Positions 11,200 to 21,125 are shown, numbered from the stretch's first letter. The stretch: DNA of 64,000 nt from Candidatus Kerfeldbacteria bacterium (GCA_963731735.1 CAVSWO010000002.1:192875-256874); one strand, 5' to 3'. The notes: a model not told the origin generated them from the sequence alone. Translations and numbers: made by a program.

Positions 11200-12041
11200 T
11201 GGTTCAAGCCTTGCAGGAATATTTGTTTGAGGGTTGCATCGTCGTAACTGGCAATGTCGCTGGCACCGACACCGCTTTGGATGAGGAGTTGGCGAATTTC
11301 GTCTCCGGACAGCTGCTGTAAATCAGTCAGTGTCAGGTCGGCCGCATTGACGTTCCCGCCTTGGGCCAAGACTTCTTGATAGATACCCAGCAACTGATCA
11401 TCCGGGATGTTATCCAGCACGCTTTGGGCGACACCGGCGTCGCGTAAAGCTTGACGCAGGAAATCAGGCGTTAACTGATCGCTGGAATTGACGATCACCC
11501 CCGCCGTAAAACCGGTGCAGCTTTTTCCAGCCGGACAGTTCGGATCGGTACCTTGACGAACCTCGGTCGCGTCATCAATCCCGTCGCTATCGGAATCTTT
11601 CAAGTAGGGACTCGTTTTGAGTTGAAAGAGCTCGGTATAATCCGACAAACCGTCCCCGTCGGTATCTTTATTCTCCAGCGCCGATAACTGTTCAACCGAA
11701 GTGTTGGTATTGGCGTTGGCGAGGAGGTTGACCGGTGCCTGCTGTCCCAGCCGATGAATGCTGGACCATATTATCCAGCCACTCAATCCAATCGCGAGCA
11801 GTCCCACTCCCAACGTGAAGGAAAAAGCCTGCTGTCGCGTTCCATCGAGTTGCCGAACTTGGCGCTGCCCGGAAATAATTCCGATCAGACCGTCGATTAC
11901 CCGCTGAAAAAAGTTTCGCAGTCTCTGAAACATGAATGAAAATGTCGAAAAAGCATCTGGTTTCGGACGATCGGTCTGCTGCATGAGGCGCTGCTGTACC
12001 GGACCCGCGAACGTGTGGAAAAATCGCGTTTGAGAAACCAA
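11196..12041 (-). CDS. Membrane-anchored protein with thrombospondin type-3-like Ca-binding repeats (DTDGDGLSDYTE / DSDSDGIDDATE). One TM segment (AFSFTLGVGLLAIGLSGWIIWSSI). The real start is possibly the internal Met (MFQRLRNF..., about 11933).
   Basis: Track ORF. DxDxDGxxD repeats and the TM helix are seen in the translation. First gene of the four-gene minus-strand cluster. Confidence 0.6.
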   Translation of the reverse strand: MVSQTRFFHTFAGPVQQRLMQQTDRPKPDAFSTFSFMFQRLRNFFQRVIDGLIGIISGQRQVRQLDGTRQQAFSFTLGVGLLAIGLSGWIIWSSIHRLGQQAPVNLLANANTNTSVEQLSALENKDTDGDGLSDYTELFQLKTSPYLKDSDSDGIDDATEVRQGTDPNCPAGKSCTGFTAGVIVNSSDQLTPDFLRQALRDAGVAQSVLDNIPDDQLLGIYQEVLAQGGNVNAADLTLTDLQQLSGDEIRQLLIQSGVGASDIASYDDATLKQIFLQGLNQ

Positions 12042-12078
12042 AAATGTACGTTTACTATAGCACAGATTGGCCCTGAAG

Positions 12079-12894
12079 TCAAAATAGCTGAGGCGCTAAT
12101 CTCACCCAATCTTCAACGCGCAATTCCTGGGCCCGAGTCGATGGATCAATTCCCTCCGTTTCTAAAATTTCCTTGATTTCTTCCTGTTTTCTGTGCAAAG
12201 CGTGAGCTAAGGTGTTATGGAGTTGTTTTCGACGACCTGAAAATCCGGCCCGAGCCACTCGAAATATTGTAGTTGCTTGCTCCTCCGGAATCGTTCGAAT
12301 GTCCGGAAAGTCAATCACGGCCGAATCAACCTTCGGGATTGGGTAGAAGCTCTGGGCCGGCACCAACTGGACGATCCGCGGTCGACTATAGAGTTGGGCC
12401 AGCAGACTCAACAGGCTCATCTGCCCCGGTTTGGCCACAATTCGCTCGGCTACCTCGCGCTGAAGCATCAAGGTCATGCGCTTGGGACGCGGTTTGAGCG
12501 TCAAGAGGTTGCGAATCAACAACGAAGTGGCACCGTACGGAAGATTGGCCACGACTTGATAGGCCCGATCGTGCAGCCTTTCATCCAAACGGACTTTGAA
12601 AACATCTCCGGGGATAATTGTTACCCGGGGATTTTCCGCGTAGTGTTTTTTCAACCAGGCTGACAAGCGCTGATCAAGTTCAACGGCCACCACCTGCGCT
12701 CCGGCCCCCAACACCGCGTCCGTCAGGATGCCAAACCCCGGCCCGACCTCAAGGACGGTTGATTCGCGCGAGACCTTGGCGGTCGCGACCATACGGTCTA
12801 CCACAGATCGGTCACACAAAAAATTTTGTCCGGCCGCGATTTGTGGCTTGAGTCCAATTTGCCGGATTAGCCGCTGGAGCGTTGTCCGATCCAT
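12079..12894 (-). CDS. rsmA: 16S rRNA (adenine1518/1519-N6)-dimethyltransferase RsmA/KsgA
   Basis: SAM-binding motif LEVGPGFGILT, conserved NLPY motif and overall KsgA architecture in the 271-aa translation. Confidence 0.9.
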   Translation of the reverse strand: MDRTTLQRLIRQIGLKPQIAAGQNFLCDRSVVDRMVATAKVSRESTVLEVGPGFGILTDAVLGAGAQVVAVELDQRLSAWLKKHYAENPRVTIIPGDVFKVRLDERLHDRAYQVVANLPYGATSLLIRNLLTLKPRPKRMTLMLQREVAERIVAKPGQMSLLSLLAQLYSRPRIVQLVPAQSFYPIPKVDSAVIDFPDIRTIPEEQATTIFRVARAGFSGRRKQLHNTLAHALHRKQEEIKEILETEGIDPSTRAQELRVEDWVRLAPQLF

Positions 12895-14055
12895 TTAGAA
12901 CAGCAAGTAGAAGAAAGAAACCAGGCCGGCCAATACGAATCCGGTGGTGAACGGAGAAAAAGTTTGAGCCGCAATCACAACCACTACCGCGATCAAAATT
13001 TTACCGATCGCGAAGCCTTGTTCTAAAAAGACCGCGCGCTCAATCACATTTTTTTCGGCCAATGCGCGTTCATACGAAATATCTGAAATGGTCACGAAGG
13101 TCGCGTTTTTTGCCACCATCCCGACGGTCGCGCTGGTAAATACCATCCCGACCGTTTTGAGCAGCGGACGGGTAAGCCAAACCAGCACCGTAATCACCGC
13201 TCCCCAGTTGAGCGTTCGTTTCCAATGCCCTTTGTCGATCGATTGACCGAACTTGAGCGTCACGATGGCCGTCAACAACGTCGCTAAGGCGATGGCGCTT
13301 CCGAGCGAGAGATAGTCTTTAAACGTCAAAGCGATAAATATCGGCCAAATAGTCATCAAAATCAGCTCCTCGCCGAAGGCCAGGTAGGCCAGGGTGGTTC
13401 GAATATGTAAGCGTCGGAACGGCATCATCAGGCTGTCCCGGTATGAAAAGCCTTGGGGAATATAGGGGATTTTCTCCATAAACAATGGCACGTTCGACAG
13501 CACAATCAGTCCGATCACCATCCCGAAAAGAATCGGGAACCCGAAAAATTTAATGATAGTTCCGCCCAGCAGCGGTCCCAGGATGTACATAACGGTCGAA
13601 ACGGACCACAGGCCCGAATACTGTTTTCCGCGTTCGCCTTGATCGGAACTTTGGATAAAATCGGTATGGTAGGCTGGCCAGTAGAACATTTTCTGGAGTG
13701 CAAAAAATATTGGAGCCACCCAAAACAAGAACGCCGCGTCCGGCAGAAAGAGTAAACTCCCATAGTAGCCGACCAACATAAAAGTGCTGATTGCAATACT
13801 GCGTTCCGGACCGCGCCGAGCCACAAATAATCCGCCTAGCGGAACCAGAAAGTAGTACACCCCGTATACCAAGACGTAGTACATCATAATGTGCTGAATG
13901 CTGTACCCAAGTTGATACAGATAGACCGGTTCGAACAGAATAACCGCCGCTAGCGCGAAATCCAGGATCGCCACCGAATAATACAATTCCTGCAGCTGAT
14001 GGCTGAAGTGCTTGCGGAAGTAGAAGGGGAAACTATGAACGAAGGGGATTCGCAT
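12895..14055 (-). CDS. Polytopic membrane transporter (MFS-like, 10-12 predicted TM segments)
   Basis: Highly hydrophobic 386-aa ORF with repeated TM helices. Its stop abuts the rsmA start. Confidence 0.6.
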   Translation of the reverse strand: MRIPFVHSFPFYFRKHFSHQLQELYYSVAILDFALAAVILFEPVYLYQLGYSIQHIMMYYVLVYGVYYFLVPLGGLFVARRGPERSIAISTFMLVGYYGSLLFLPDAAFLFWVAPIFFALQKMFYWPAYHTDFIQSSDQGERGKQYSGLWSVSTVMYILGPLLGGTIIKFFGFPILFGMVIGLIVLSNVPLFMEKIPYIPQGFSYRDSLMMPFRRLHIRTTLAYLAFGEELILMTIWPIFIALTFKDYLSLGSAIALATLLTAIVTLKFGQSIDKGHWKRTLNWGAVITVLVWLTRPLLKTVGMVFTSATVGMVAKNATFVTISDISYERALAEKNVIERAVFLEQGFAIGKILIAVVVVIAAQTFSPFTTGFVLAGLVSFFYLLF

Positions 14056-14578
14056 CGATTGCTCCGGGCCGTAAAATTTGTAGTTTGGTTTTTGTCATGC
14101 TTATAACCGTTGATGGTTTGGTGGCTCGACCGCAGTCACCAGCCATAATCAGTATACCAGGAAATGTCTGCTTCACCTTGTGGAGAGATTTGGTGGGCGC
14201 TTGCCCGGAGATGTTGGCGCTGGTAGCCGTGATCGGCGCGCCAATGTTCTTTGCGAGATTTCTCGCGCCGGCATGACGCGGGACCCGAACGCCGATGCGG
14301 CACGCGCCGAGGGCGCGCGCCGCAATCTTCGTTTTCGGTTGTAACAGTATCGTCAATGGGCCGGGCCAATACTGCTCGGCCAGTCGTTCTTCAGCCTTCG
14401 TCATGAAGAAAAACTGCTTAACTTGCAACAAATCGGCCGCTATCAGGGCGATCGGCTTGCCGGGTTCACGATGTTTCACGCGGAACAATTCTTGAATAGC
14501 TTTTGAATCAGTCGCGTCCGCACCGAGAGCGTAGAACGATTCGGTCGGGTAGGCAAAGACTGTAGGCGGGGCGGCCAT
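14033..14578 (-). CDS. tsaC: L-threonylcarbamoyladenylate synthase TsaC/YrdC family (tRNA t6A37 biosynthesis)
   Basis: YrdC-type motifs (PTESFYALGADATD, SANISG). I chose the start at MAAPP (track ORF 14033..14629 trimmed by 17 codons) so that it abuts the upstream patatin gene stop. Confidence 0.75.
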   Translation of the reverse strand: MAAPPTVFAYPTESFYALGADATDSKAIQELFRVKHREPGKPIALIAADLLQVKQFFFMTKAEERLAEQYWPGPLTILLQPKTKIAARALGACRIGVRVPRHAGARNLAKNIGAPITATSANISGQAPTKSLHKVKQTFPGILIMAGDCGRATKPSTVISMTKTKLQILRPGAIDANPLRS

Positions 14579-14579
14579 G

Positions 14580-15521
14580 TTACATTCTTTGATGGAACCA
14601 CTCGAGAGTTTTTTGCCGTGTATCTTCAAACGCTTTTTTCAATTTTTTGGCGTTTTTTGTTCCTTCGTGCAGCCCTGCGTTGGGAGGCCAGAGAAATGCG
14701 ATACGGATATTTGGATGGGGACGGCTTTCGAAGGTGGTTCGAAAAGTCGTCTTTCGTTGCACGATGTCCCAGGATTTTCGCGGGCCGAGTTGTCGCAGCG
14801 TAAGAAGTCCCGCCACATAATCCCCGAAACCGGGATGGTAATTCTTTGCGATCTCGAATGCTTGGTTGGGTAACACCAGTACATCAGTAGGATGGAACAT
14901 GGTAATCACCTTGGACATCGGCAAGGGATCGTCGAAGCCTCCGTCACAGTAGTATGTATTATTGACGGGCACCCAGGATCCAAATAATCCTGGTATGGCG
15001 ATTGAGGCCCGGATGGCCTCTAACATCCCCGGTTGTGCAGTTTTTGCGTCAAAAAGTTCCATGTGACCCTTCCGCGTGATTGCCGAAACGAAGAATTGGG
15101 ACGGATGTCGTCGAATGGCCTGGGTATTAAGCGCCTTTGGACCCCGCTTCATCCAAGTGATCAATTGATCAATATCGACAAGTTTCTTGAATCGCCAAGG
15201 ATTCATGAATGCATTGCTTGTGCATTCTTCGTAGTACAGTGAAGAACCGAGTCGGACTTGATCCTGACCGGCTAGAAAATAGGCGGCGGTCGGAGCGCCG
15301 GTAGATACTCCGACGACCACGTCAAAAACATCCCCTAACCCCAGTTCATGCAACGCCGCGGCCGAACCGGCTCCATACGGGCCGCGCATACTTCCTCCAA
15401 GAATTAATAATGCGGTTCGGGTGGTTTGATGTTCCGGTTTCTGATCGCGTCGAGCGACTAACGTAGCTACGAGATCTTTCTCAATTCTTGATGTTTCATT
15501 CAAACTCTGCTTATTGCTCAC
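14580..15521 (-). CDS. Patatin-like phospholipase
   Basis: Gly-rich oxyanion motif GGSMRGPYGAG, GxSxG nucleophile (GVSTG) and catalytic Asp in CDGGFDD. Confidence 0.75.
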   Translation of the reverse strand: MSNKQSLNETSRIEKDLVATLVARRDQKPEHQTTRTALLILGGSMRGPYGAGSAAALHELGLGDVFDVVVGVSTGAPTAAYFLAGQDQVRLGSSLYYEECTSNAFMNPWRFKKLVDIDQLITWMKRGPKALNTQAIRRHPSQFFVSAITRKGHMELFDAKTAQPGMLEAIRASIAIPGLFGSWVPVNNTYYCDGGFDDPLPMSKVITMFHPTDVLVLPNQAFEIAKNYHPGFGDYVAGLLTLRQLGPRKSWDIVQRKTTFRTTFESRPHPNIRIAFLWPPNAGLHEGTKNAKKLKKAFEDTRQKTLEWFHQRM

Positions 15522-17965
15522 ACCACAAAGTTTATCAACTTGTCTTTCACGAAAATGACCTTTTTTGGTTCGCTGGTCAGGAATTTCGCCACATTCGGTT
15601 CAGCCTTGGCTGCTTTTTCAACATGTTTTTGTTCACTCCCAATTGGTAACCATAATGTACCACGCAGTTTTCCATTAACCTGAACTGCCAAAGTGACGGT
15701 ATCTATATCAGAGATTAATTTATTATCATATGTAGGCCAGCCAGAAAGATTACTTCGTTGATGTTTTTCCAATATTTCACTTACTATATGAGGCGCAAAG
15801 GGCTTGAGAAGTAACAAAAAGTATTCAAATTCTTCTCGCGGTCGATCTGTAAGTTTATCAAAAGCATTAGCAAGTATCATTAACGAAGAAACTGCGGTGT
15901 TAAACTTGAATTCCTCAATGTCTCTAGTTACTTTTTTTATTGTTTTATGTGTCAATAGGACAACATCTGATGGACAATTTTTTGCTTGTTTTTTATTCCC
16001 TATTCGCCACACTTTCTCCAAAAATCTCCGGACGCCAACAATGCCATTCGTGTCCCACGGCTTAGCATCTTCAAACGGTCCCATGAACATCTCGTACATG
16101 CGAAGCGTATCGGCGCCAAACTTTTCAACAATCTCATCGGGATTGATGACATTCCCCCGCGACTTGGACATCTTTTCGCCGTCGGGTCCAAGAATCAGTC
16201 CTTGATTTTTTAACTTCTGGAACGGCTCATCGCCGACTTCCTTCGGAATGTGCTGCATGTCATACAACACTTTGTGCCAGAACCGCGCGTAGAGGAGATG
16301 CAAGACCGCGTGTTCCGCTCCGCCGACGTACAGATCAACCGGCAGCCAAGACTTCATCGCCTTCGCACTGGCGAATGCTTTCTCATTCTGCGGATCGGTA
16401 AACCGTAAATAGTACCAACAGCTTCCGGCCCACTGGGGCATCGTGTTCGTTTCGCGCTTGGCCGGACCGCCGCAGTTCGGGCAAGTCGTGTTAACCCAAT
16501 CATCTATGTCAGCCAACGGCGATTCGCCGGTACCGGTTGGTTCGTATTTTTCGACATCGGGCAGCAGCACCGGTAAATCCTTTTCATCAACGGGCACCAC
16601 ACCGTCTTTCGGACAATGGACCAACGGAATCGGTTCACCCCAGTAGCGCTGGCGCGAGAAGACCCAGTCGCGGAGTTTGTAGTTTACTTTGGGTTGGGCC
16701 TTGCCTTCTTTTTGTAACCATGCGACGATTTTCTTTCGAGCATCATGACTTGAAAGCCCATTAAATTTGCCTGAATTTATTAATACACCTTCACCTGACC
16801 AGACTCGCATGGGTGATTCTTTCCCTGCAGCCACATCATAAAAACCGCCGACCTCGGGCGATACAATTACTTCAATAAAACTTAAATCATGGTTCTTTGC
16901 AAAAGCAAAATCCCGCTCGTCATGCGCCGGGACGGCCATAATCGCGCCGGTGCCGTAACTCATTAATACGTAGTCAGCGATCCAGACCGGGATTTTTTCG
17001 TGATTGACTGGGTTAATCGCGTAGGCGCCAGTAAAGACACCAGTTTTTTCTTTTTCCAGCGCGGTCCGTTCGAGGTCCGACTTGGCTGCCACATCTTTCA
17101 CATATTGTTCAACTGCCTTTTTCTGGTCAGCGGTAGTAATGTCGTTCACCAACGGATGTTCTGGTGATAACACCATGTACGTCGCGCCGAATAAGGTATC
17201 GGGCCGGGTGGTAAAAACCGTGACGTTGTGGTTTTTGTCATTCCGGACTTGATCCGAAATCTCAAAAACCACTTCGGCGCCCTCAGATTTCCCAATCCAG
17301 TTGCGTTGCAGGGCCTTAATCCCCTCCGGCCAGTCAAGTTTTTCCAATCCATCGAGCAAACGATCAGCATAGTCGGTGATTTTGAGCATCCACTGCTTCA
17401 GCATTTTCTTTTCAACCGTCGTGCCGCAGCGATCACACTTGCCGTTGACGACCTCTTCATTCGCTAAGCCAGTTTTATCCTTCGGGCACCACCAAATCGG
17501 CGCTTCTTTTTCATAGGCTAACCCTTTTTTAAAAAGCTGGAGGAAAATCCACTGTGTCCACTTGTAGTATTTCGGATCCGTCGTGTTAACTTCCCTGTCC
17601 CAGTCGTAGGAAAATCCGAGCGACTGAATCTGGCGCTTGAAGTTGGCAATGTTTTGTTCGGTCACCGTTCGCGGATGAATTTTTTTCTTGATGGCCGCGT
17701 TTTCCGCCGGCAGGCCAAACGCGTCCCAGCCCATCGGGTGGAGTACTTGTATGCCTTGCATCCGGAGATAGCGAGAAAAAATATCGGTGGCGGTGTAGCC
17801 TTCGGGATGGCCGACATGGAGACCGTCTCCCGACGGATAGGGAAACATGTCCAAAACATACTGCGCGCCCGCCTTGGGTTTTTCCGGGGCGCGAAAAACA
17901 CCGGCTTCTTGCCAGCGCTGTTGCCACCGTTTTTCTATTTCTCGATGATCAAATTTATCGGACAT
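15518..17965 (-). CDS. leuS: Leucyl-tRNA synthetase (815 aa after start correction)
   Basis: HIGH-class signature (PYPSGDGLHVGHPEGYTATD), KMSKSRGN motif and LeuS editing/anticodon-binding domains. The track ORF (969 aa) begins 154 codons upstream of the conserved N-terminus MSDKFDHREIEKRWQQRWQEAGVF. The ATG at 17963-17965 is the likely start. Confidence 0.9.
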   Translation of the reverse strand: MSDKFDHREIEKRWQQRWQEAGVFRAPEKPKAGAQYVLDMFPYPSGDGLHVGHPEGYTATDIFSRYLRMQGIQVLHPMGWDAFGLPAENAAIKKKIHPRTVTEQNIANFKRQIQSLGFSYDWDREVNTTDPKYYKWTQWIFLQLFKKGLAYEKEAPIWWCPKDKTGLANEEVVNGKCDRCGTTVEKKMLKQWMLKITDYADRLLDGLEKLDWPEGIKALQRNWIGKSEGAEVVFEISDQVRNDKNHNVTVFTTRPDTLFGATYMVLSPEHPLVNDITTADQKKAVEQYVKDVAAKSDLERTALEKEKTGVFTGAYAINPVNHEKIPVWIADYVLMSYGTGAIMAVPAHDERDFAFAKNHDLSFIEVIVSPEVGGFYDVAAGKESPMRVWSGEGVLINSGKFNGLSSHDARKKIVAWLQKEGKAQPKVNYKLRDWVFSRQRYWGEPIPLVHCPKDGVVPVDEKDLPVLLPDVEKYEPTGTGESPLADIDDWVNTTCPNCGGPAKRETNTMPQWAGSCWYYLRFTDPQNEKAFASAKAMKSWLPVDLYVGGAEHAVLHLLYARFWHKVLYDMQHIPKEVGDEPFQKLKNQGLILGPDGEKMSKSRGNVINPDEIVEKFGADTLRMYEMFMGPFEDAKPWDTNGIVGVRRFLEKVWRIGNKKQAKNCPSDVVLLTHKTIKKVTRDIEEFKFNTAVSSLMILANAFDKLTDRPREEFEYFLLLLKPFAPHIVSEILEKHQRSNLSGWPTYDNKLISDIDTVTLAVQVNGKLRGTLWLPIGSEQKHVEKAAKAEPNVAKFLTSEPKKVIFVKDKLINFVV

Positions 17966-18059
17966 AGCAGAACCCAAGAGTATCAATTTTTGGCTAAGAT
18001 AACAAGATAATTGTCGCTGCTGTGATTTTTCAGCTAGTCTTAGCCAAAAAAATTTCTCG

Positions 18060-18088
18060 TTGACATGCACCTCTCCGATTGGTATGCT
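18060..18088 (+). promoter_or_regulatory. Sigma70-like promoter (TTGACA-17 bp-TATGCT) in the divergent leuS/M23-peptidase intergenic region, oriented toward the M23 peptidase gene
   Basis: Hexamers and 17-bp spacer read directly. A 12-bp inverted repeat (ttttggctaaga ... tcttagccaaaa, about 17988-18045) lies just upstream. Confidence 0.4.
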
Positions 18089-18238
18089 GATTGGCGCACA
18101 TTTGCTTTTTTCGGATTGCTCGCTCGGGCTGAAATCACTGTTGCCACCGAGTCCAGGGCGCCGAAATCTGGTTGATGACCTATTAGTACACTCTTCAAAA
18201 CCTCCATCGTTCGAATCACACTCCAGGCCCTGCGCGGC

Positions 18239-19495
18239 ATGGAGGCGCTTGGAAAAGGCGTTGGTACGGTAGTCCGATTTGCTTTCAAACCATTCGGCTG
18301 GGTCGCGCGTGGCGTATTTCGGTTTTTTATTTTCCCGCTCTACTCGTACTACACCAAGATAAAACAACGCATAAAATTCCATCCACGGATGGTTGGCATC
18401 CGTTCGGTCAGCCATTTTTTTAGCCACTACGCCGTTTATATCACCCTGGTGGTGCTCGGGGTATTTGGTCTCGGCACCAACTTATTCGCCCGGACTATTC
18501 GTCCCGACGAAGTTGGCCAAGGCGCGGCCTGGGCAACCTTCCAACAAGGCGATGGAGCCCTGATCGTCGAATCCGGCACGGGGAAACCGCCGGTCGTGGA
18601 TAACCTTACGGAAGCGGCCGTTGGCGGTCCAGCCATCGCTGAAACCAAAACCCTGATTGACACCGCCGTCTCCGCGCCAATTGATAATCTGGCGGCCGTT
18701 GGCGGAGCGAGTGAACTCGCTTCAACCAAGCGTGACACGGTCGTGCAATACACCGTCCAGGGCGGAGACACGGTCAGTACGATCGCGGCTAATTTTGGTA
18801 TCTCCTCTCAAACGATTCTCTGGGCGAATGGACTTGGGGCCGGCGATTTTATAAAACCCGGCCAAGTTTTGAAGATCCCTTCCGTGACGGGATATTTGTA
18901 TACCGTCAAGAGCGGGGATACCCTGGCGAAAATTGCCGCTACCTATAAAGGTGATCAAGATCAAATTTTGGCCGCTAATGATTTACCATTAGCGGAAGCA
19001 ATTCAAGCGGGCCAGACCATCATTATCCCTGGCGGGCAACCACCAGCGCCGCCGGCTCCGCCGAAGCAAACGATCATCGCCAGCGCGCCCACCTTCTCCG
19101 GTGGAACCCCGCCGCCTTCGATTGCGGCGACTGGCGCCAAATTTGTTTGGCCGACCGTCAGTCATCGGATCAACCAGTACTATCGTGGCCGGTACCATAC
19201 GGGCATTGATATCGACGGTGATACCGGGACGCCGGAATATGCGGCCGCGGCCGGCACCGTGACCTATGCATCGGCTGACCGCAGCGGATATGGATTGCAT
19301 GTCGTGATTGATCATGGCAATGGGTACATCACACTCTACGGCCACGCGAGTAAGCTCTATGTTCAGCGTGGTCAACATGTGAATCAAGGACAAACCATTG
19401 CCGCCATGGGCTGCACTGGCCGCTGTACCGGTCCGCACCTCCACTTCGAAATCCGATACCACGGCGGCTTCCTCAACCCCCTATCGTTCTACTAG
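18239..19495 (+). CDS. Membrane-anchored LysM-LysM-M23 family peptidoglycan endopeptidase
   Basis: Two LysM motifs (YTVQGGDTVSTIA..., YTVKSGDTLAKIA...) and M23 active-site motifs (HTGIDIDG, HxH in GPHLHFEIRYHG). N-terminal TM helix. Confidence 0.85.
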   Translation: MEALGKGVGTVVRFAFKPFGWVARGVFRFFIFPLYSYYTKIKQRIKFHPRMVGIRSVSHFFSHYAVYITLVVLGVFGLGTNLFARTIRPDEVGQGAAWATFQQGDGALIVESGTGKPPVVDNLTEAAVGGPAIAETKTLIDTAVSAPIDNLAAVGGASELASTKRDTVVQYTVQGGDTVSTIAANFGISSQTILWANGLGAGDFIKPGQVLKIPSVTGYLYTVKSGDTLAKIAATYKGDQDQILAANDLPLAEAIQAGQTIIIPGGQPPAPPAPPKQTIIASAPTFSGGTPPPSIAATGAKFVWPTVSHRINQYYRGRYHTGIDIDGDTGTPEYAAAAGTVTYASADRSGYGLHVVIDHGNGYITLYGHASKLYVQRGQHVNQGQTIAAMGCTGRCTGPHLHFEIRYHGGFLNPLSFY

Positions 19496-20998
19496 TTAAT
19501 GGAGTTGGCCGGGTGGCCGATATTGCAAAGCTTCGGCAAGGTGGGCCGTTTTGATGACGGCTGAAGTTTCTAAATCGGCAATTGTCCGGGCCACCCGAAT
19601 CACCCGATGATAAGCTCGCAGCGATAAGTGTAGGCGTTCCATTGCCTGGCGCATCAGATCCTGTTCGGAGGTTCCTAACCCGTCAATTAACTGTTGTGAA
19701 CGCCCGCGCTGATGTCCGTTGGTCATCCAATCCGACTGATAGCGCTGGTGCTGCCGGTGTCGAGCCGAGGCTATTATCGGACGCGGATCATCCGCCTGGT
19801 TATTCGCGTCAATGTCTTTCAACGGTACCCGCGGGACATGGACGAATAAATCAAATCGATCAAGGACTGGGCCGGATATTTTTCGTTGGTAGCGCTGTAT
19901 GACGGACGGTGAACAGCCGCAAGTTTTTTCCGTATCGCCAAAGTATCCGCAGGGGCACGGATTCATCGCCGCGACTAACATGCCGCCAGCCGGAAACCGG
20001 ACTGATCCGGCTACCCGATTAACGGTTACCACGCCTTCTTCCAGCGGTTGTCGGAGCGCCTCAATGTGGTCTCGTGAAAATTCCGGAAATTCGTCGAGGA
20101 ATAACACGCCGTGGTGAGCTAACGATAGTTCGCCCGGTTTGGGGATCCGCCCGCCACCAACCAGTGACGCGACCGAGGCGGTGTGATGCGGTTGGCGAAA
20201 AGGTCGATGTTGAATCAGTCCGTGAGCCGGCAACGGCTGCCCGGCCACACTGTAGATAGTCGTGACTTCTAGCGCTTCGCTCTCGGTCATGGGTGGAATC
20301 AGTTCGGCGACGGCTTTGGCAAGGAGTGTTTTGCCGGAACCAGGTGGACCAATTAGCAGCGCATTATGGTGACCGGCCGCGGCGATCTGCATCGCCCGCT
20401 TGGCCTGGACTTGGCCGATGATAGTCGGCCAAAGATTCCAGCTTGATGGGGTTGAGCGATCAAGTGGTGTCGGCGGCTGATAGGATGGCTGGCGCTGACC
20501 CATAACCAATTCGGCCACCTCGCGCAAAGTGGCAACTGGCAAAACCCGTAAGCCATGGATGAGTCCAGCTTCGGCCGCGTTATCTTTTGGAACCACCAGT
20601 ATTTTTTTCCGATCGCGAGCCAGACGCGCCATCGCAAGGACGCCATGCGTTGGACGTACTTGACCGGACAGCCGCAACTCGCCCATCACCATCCACTCGA
20701 CCGGCTGTTCCGGTACCTGTCCGGAAGCAACCAGAATCGCTAACGCGGCCGGTAAATCAAAACCGCTACCCTCTTTGCGCCAATCAGCCGGCGATAAATT
20801 CAGGCTGACATGGTGATACGGAAAATGAAAATCTGAATTTTTTATGGCCGACCGCACCCGCTCACGCGCCTCCTGGACCGCCGCGTCTGGTAAGCCCACG
20901 ATCGTGACTTTTGGTAGACCGTGATGAATATCGGCTTCGACGGTGACGGGACGGGCCTCCAGACCGTCAACTGATGCGCTCGTTACCGTGGCTGACAT
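19496..20998 (-). CDS. YifB/ComM family Mg-chelatase-like AAA+ ATPase
   Basis: N-terminal Lon-like domain, Walker A GPPGSGKT, Walker B VLFLDEFPEF, C-terminal ChlI/Mg-chelatase domain. Confidence 0.9.
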   Translation of the reverse strand: MSATVTSASVDGLEARPVTVEADIHHGLPKVTIVGLPDAAVQEARERVRSAIKNSDFHFPYHHVSLNLSPADWRKEGSGFDLPAALAILVASGQVPEQPVEWMVMGELRLSGQVRPTHGVLAMARLARDRKKILVVPKDNAAEAGLIHGLRVLPVATLREVAELVMGQRQPSYQPPTPLDRSTPSSWNLWPTIIGQVQAKRAMQIAAAGHHNALLIGPPGSGKTLLAKAVAELIPPMTESEALEVTTIYSVAGQPLPAHGLIQHRPFRQPHHTASVASLVGGGRIPKPGELSLAHHGVLFLDEFPEFSRDHIEALRQPLEEGVVTVNRVAGSVRFPAGGMLVAAMNPCPCGYFGDTEKTCGCSPSVIQRYQRKISGPVLDRFDLFVHVPRVPLKDIDANNQADDPRPIIASARHRQHQRYQSDWMTNGHQRGRSQQLIDGLGTSEQDLMRQAMERLHLSLRAYHRVIRVARTIADLETSAVIKTAHLAEALQYRPPGQLH

Positions 20999-21085
20999 AG
21001 ACTAATCTCGCGTGTTGAAAAACACCCGGAAAATTGTTTAGGTTGCTGAGACAAAAAAACTGGCCGGTCCATAGGGTTACCCGCC

Positions 21086-21113
21086 ACACAAAAACGCTGG
21101 CGGAAACGCCAGC
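21086..21113 (-). terminator. Intrinsic terminator after lspA (stem GCTGGCG/CGCCAGC, GAAA loop, then UUUUUGUGUGG on the minus strand)
   Basis: Inverted repeat and T-tract read from the sequence. Confidence 0.45.
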
Positions 21114-21125
21114 CACTCCAATAGC

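Noticed and set aside
15518-18427. 969-aa leuS ORF as given in the track
   Set aside because: The first 154 codons lack LeuS homology and overlap the divergent promoter region. The conserved LeuS N-terminus begins at the ATG at 17965.
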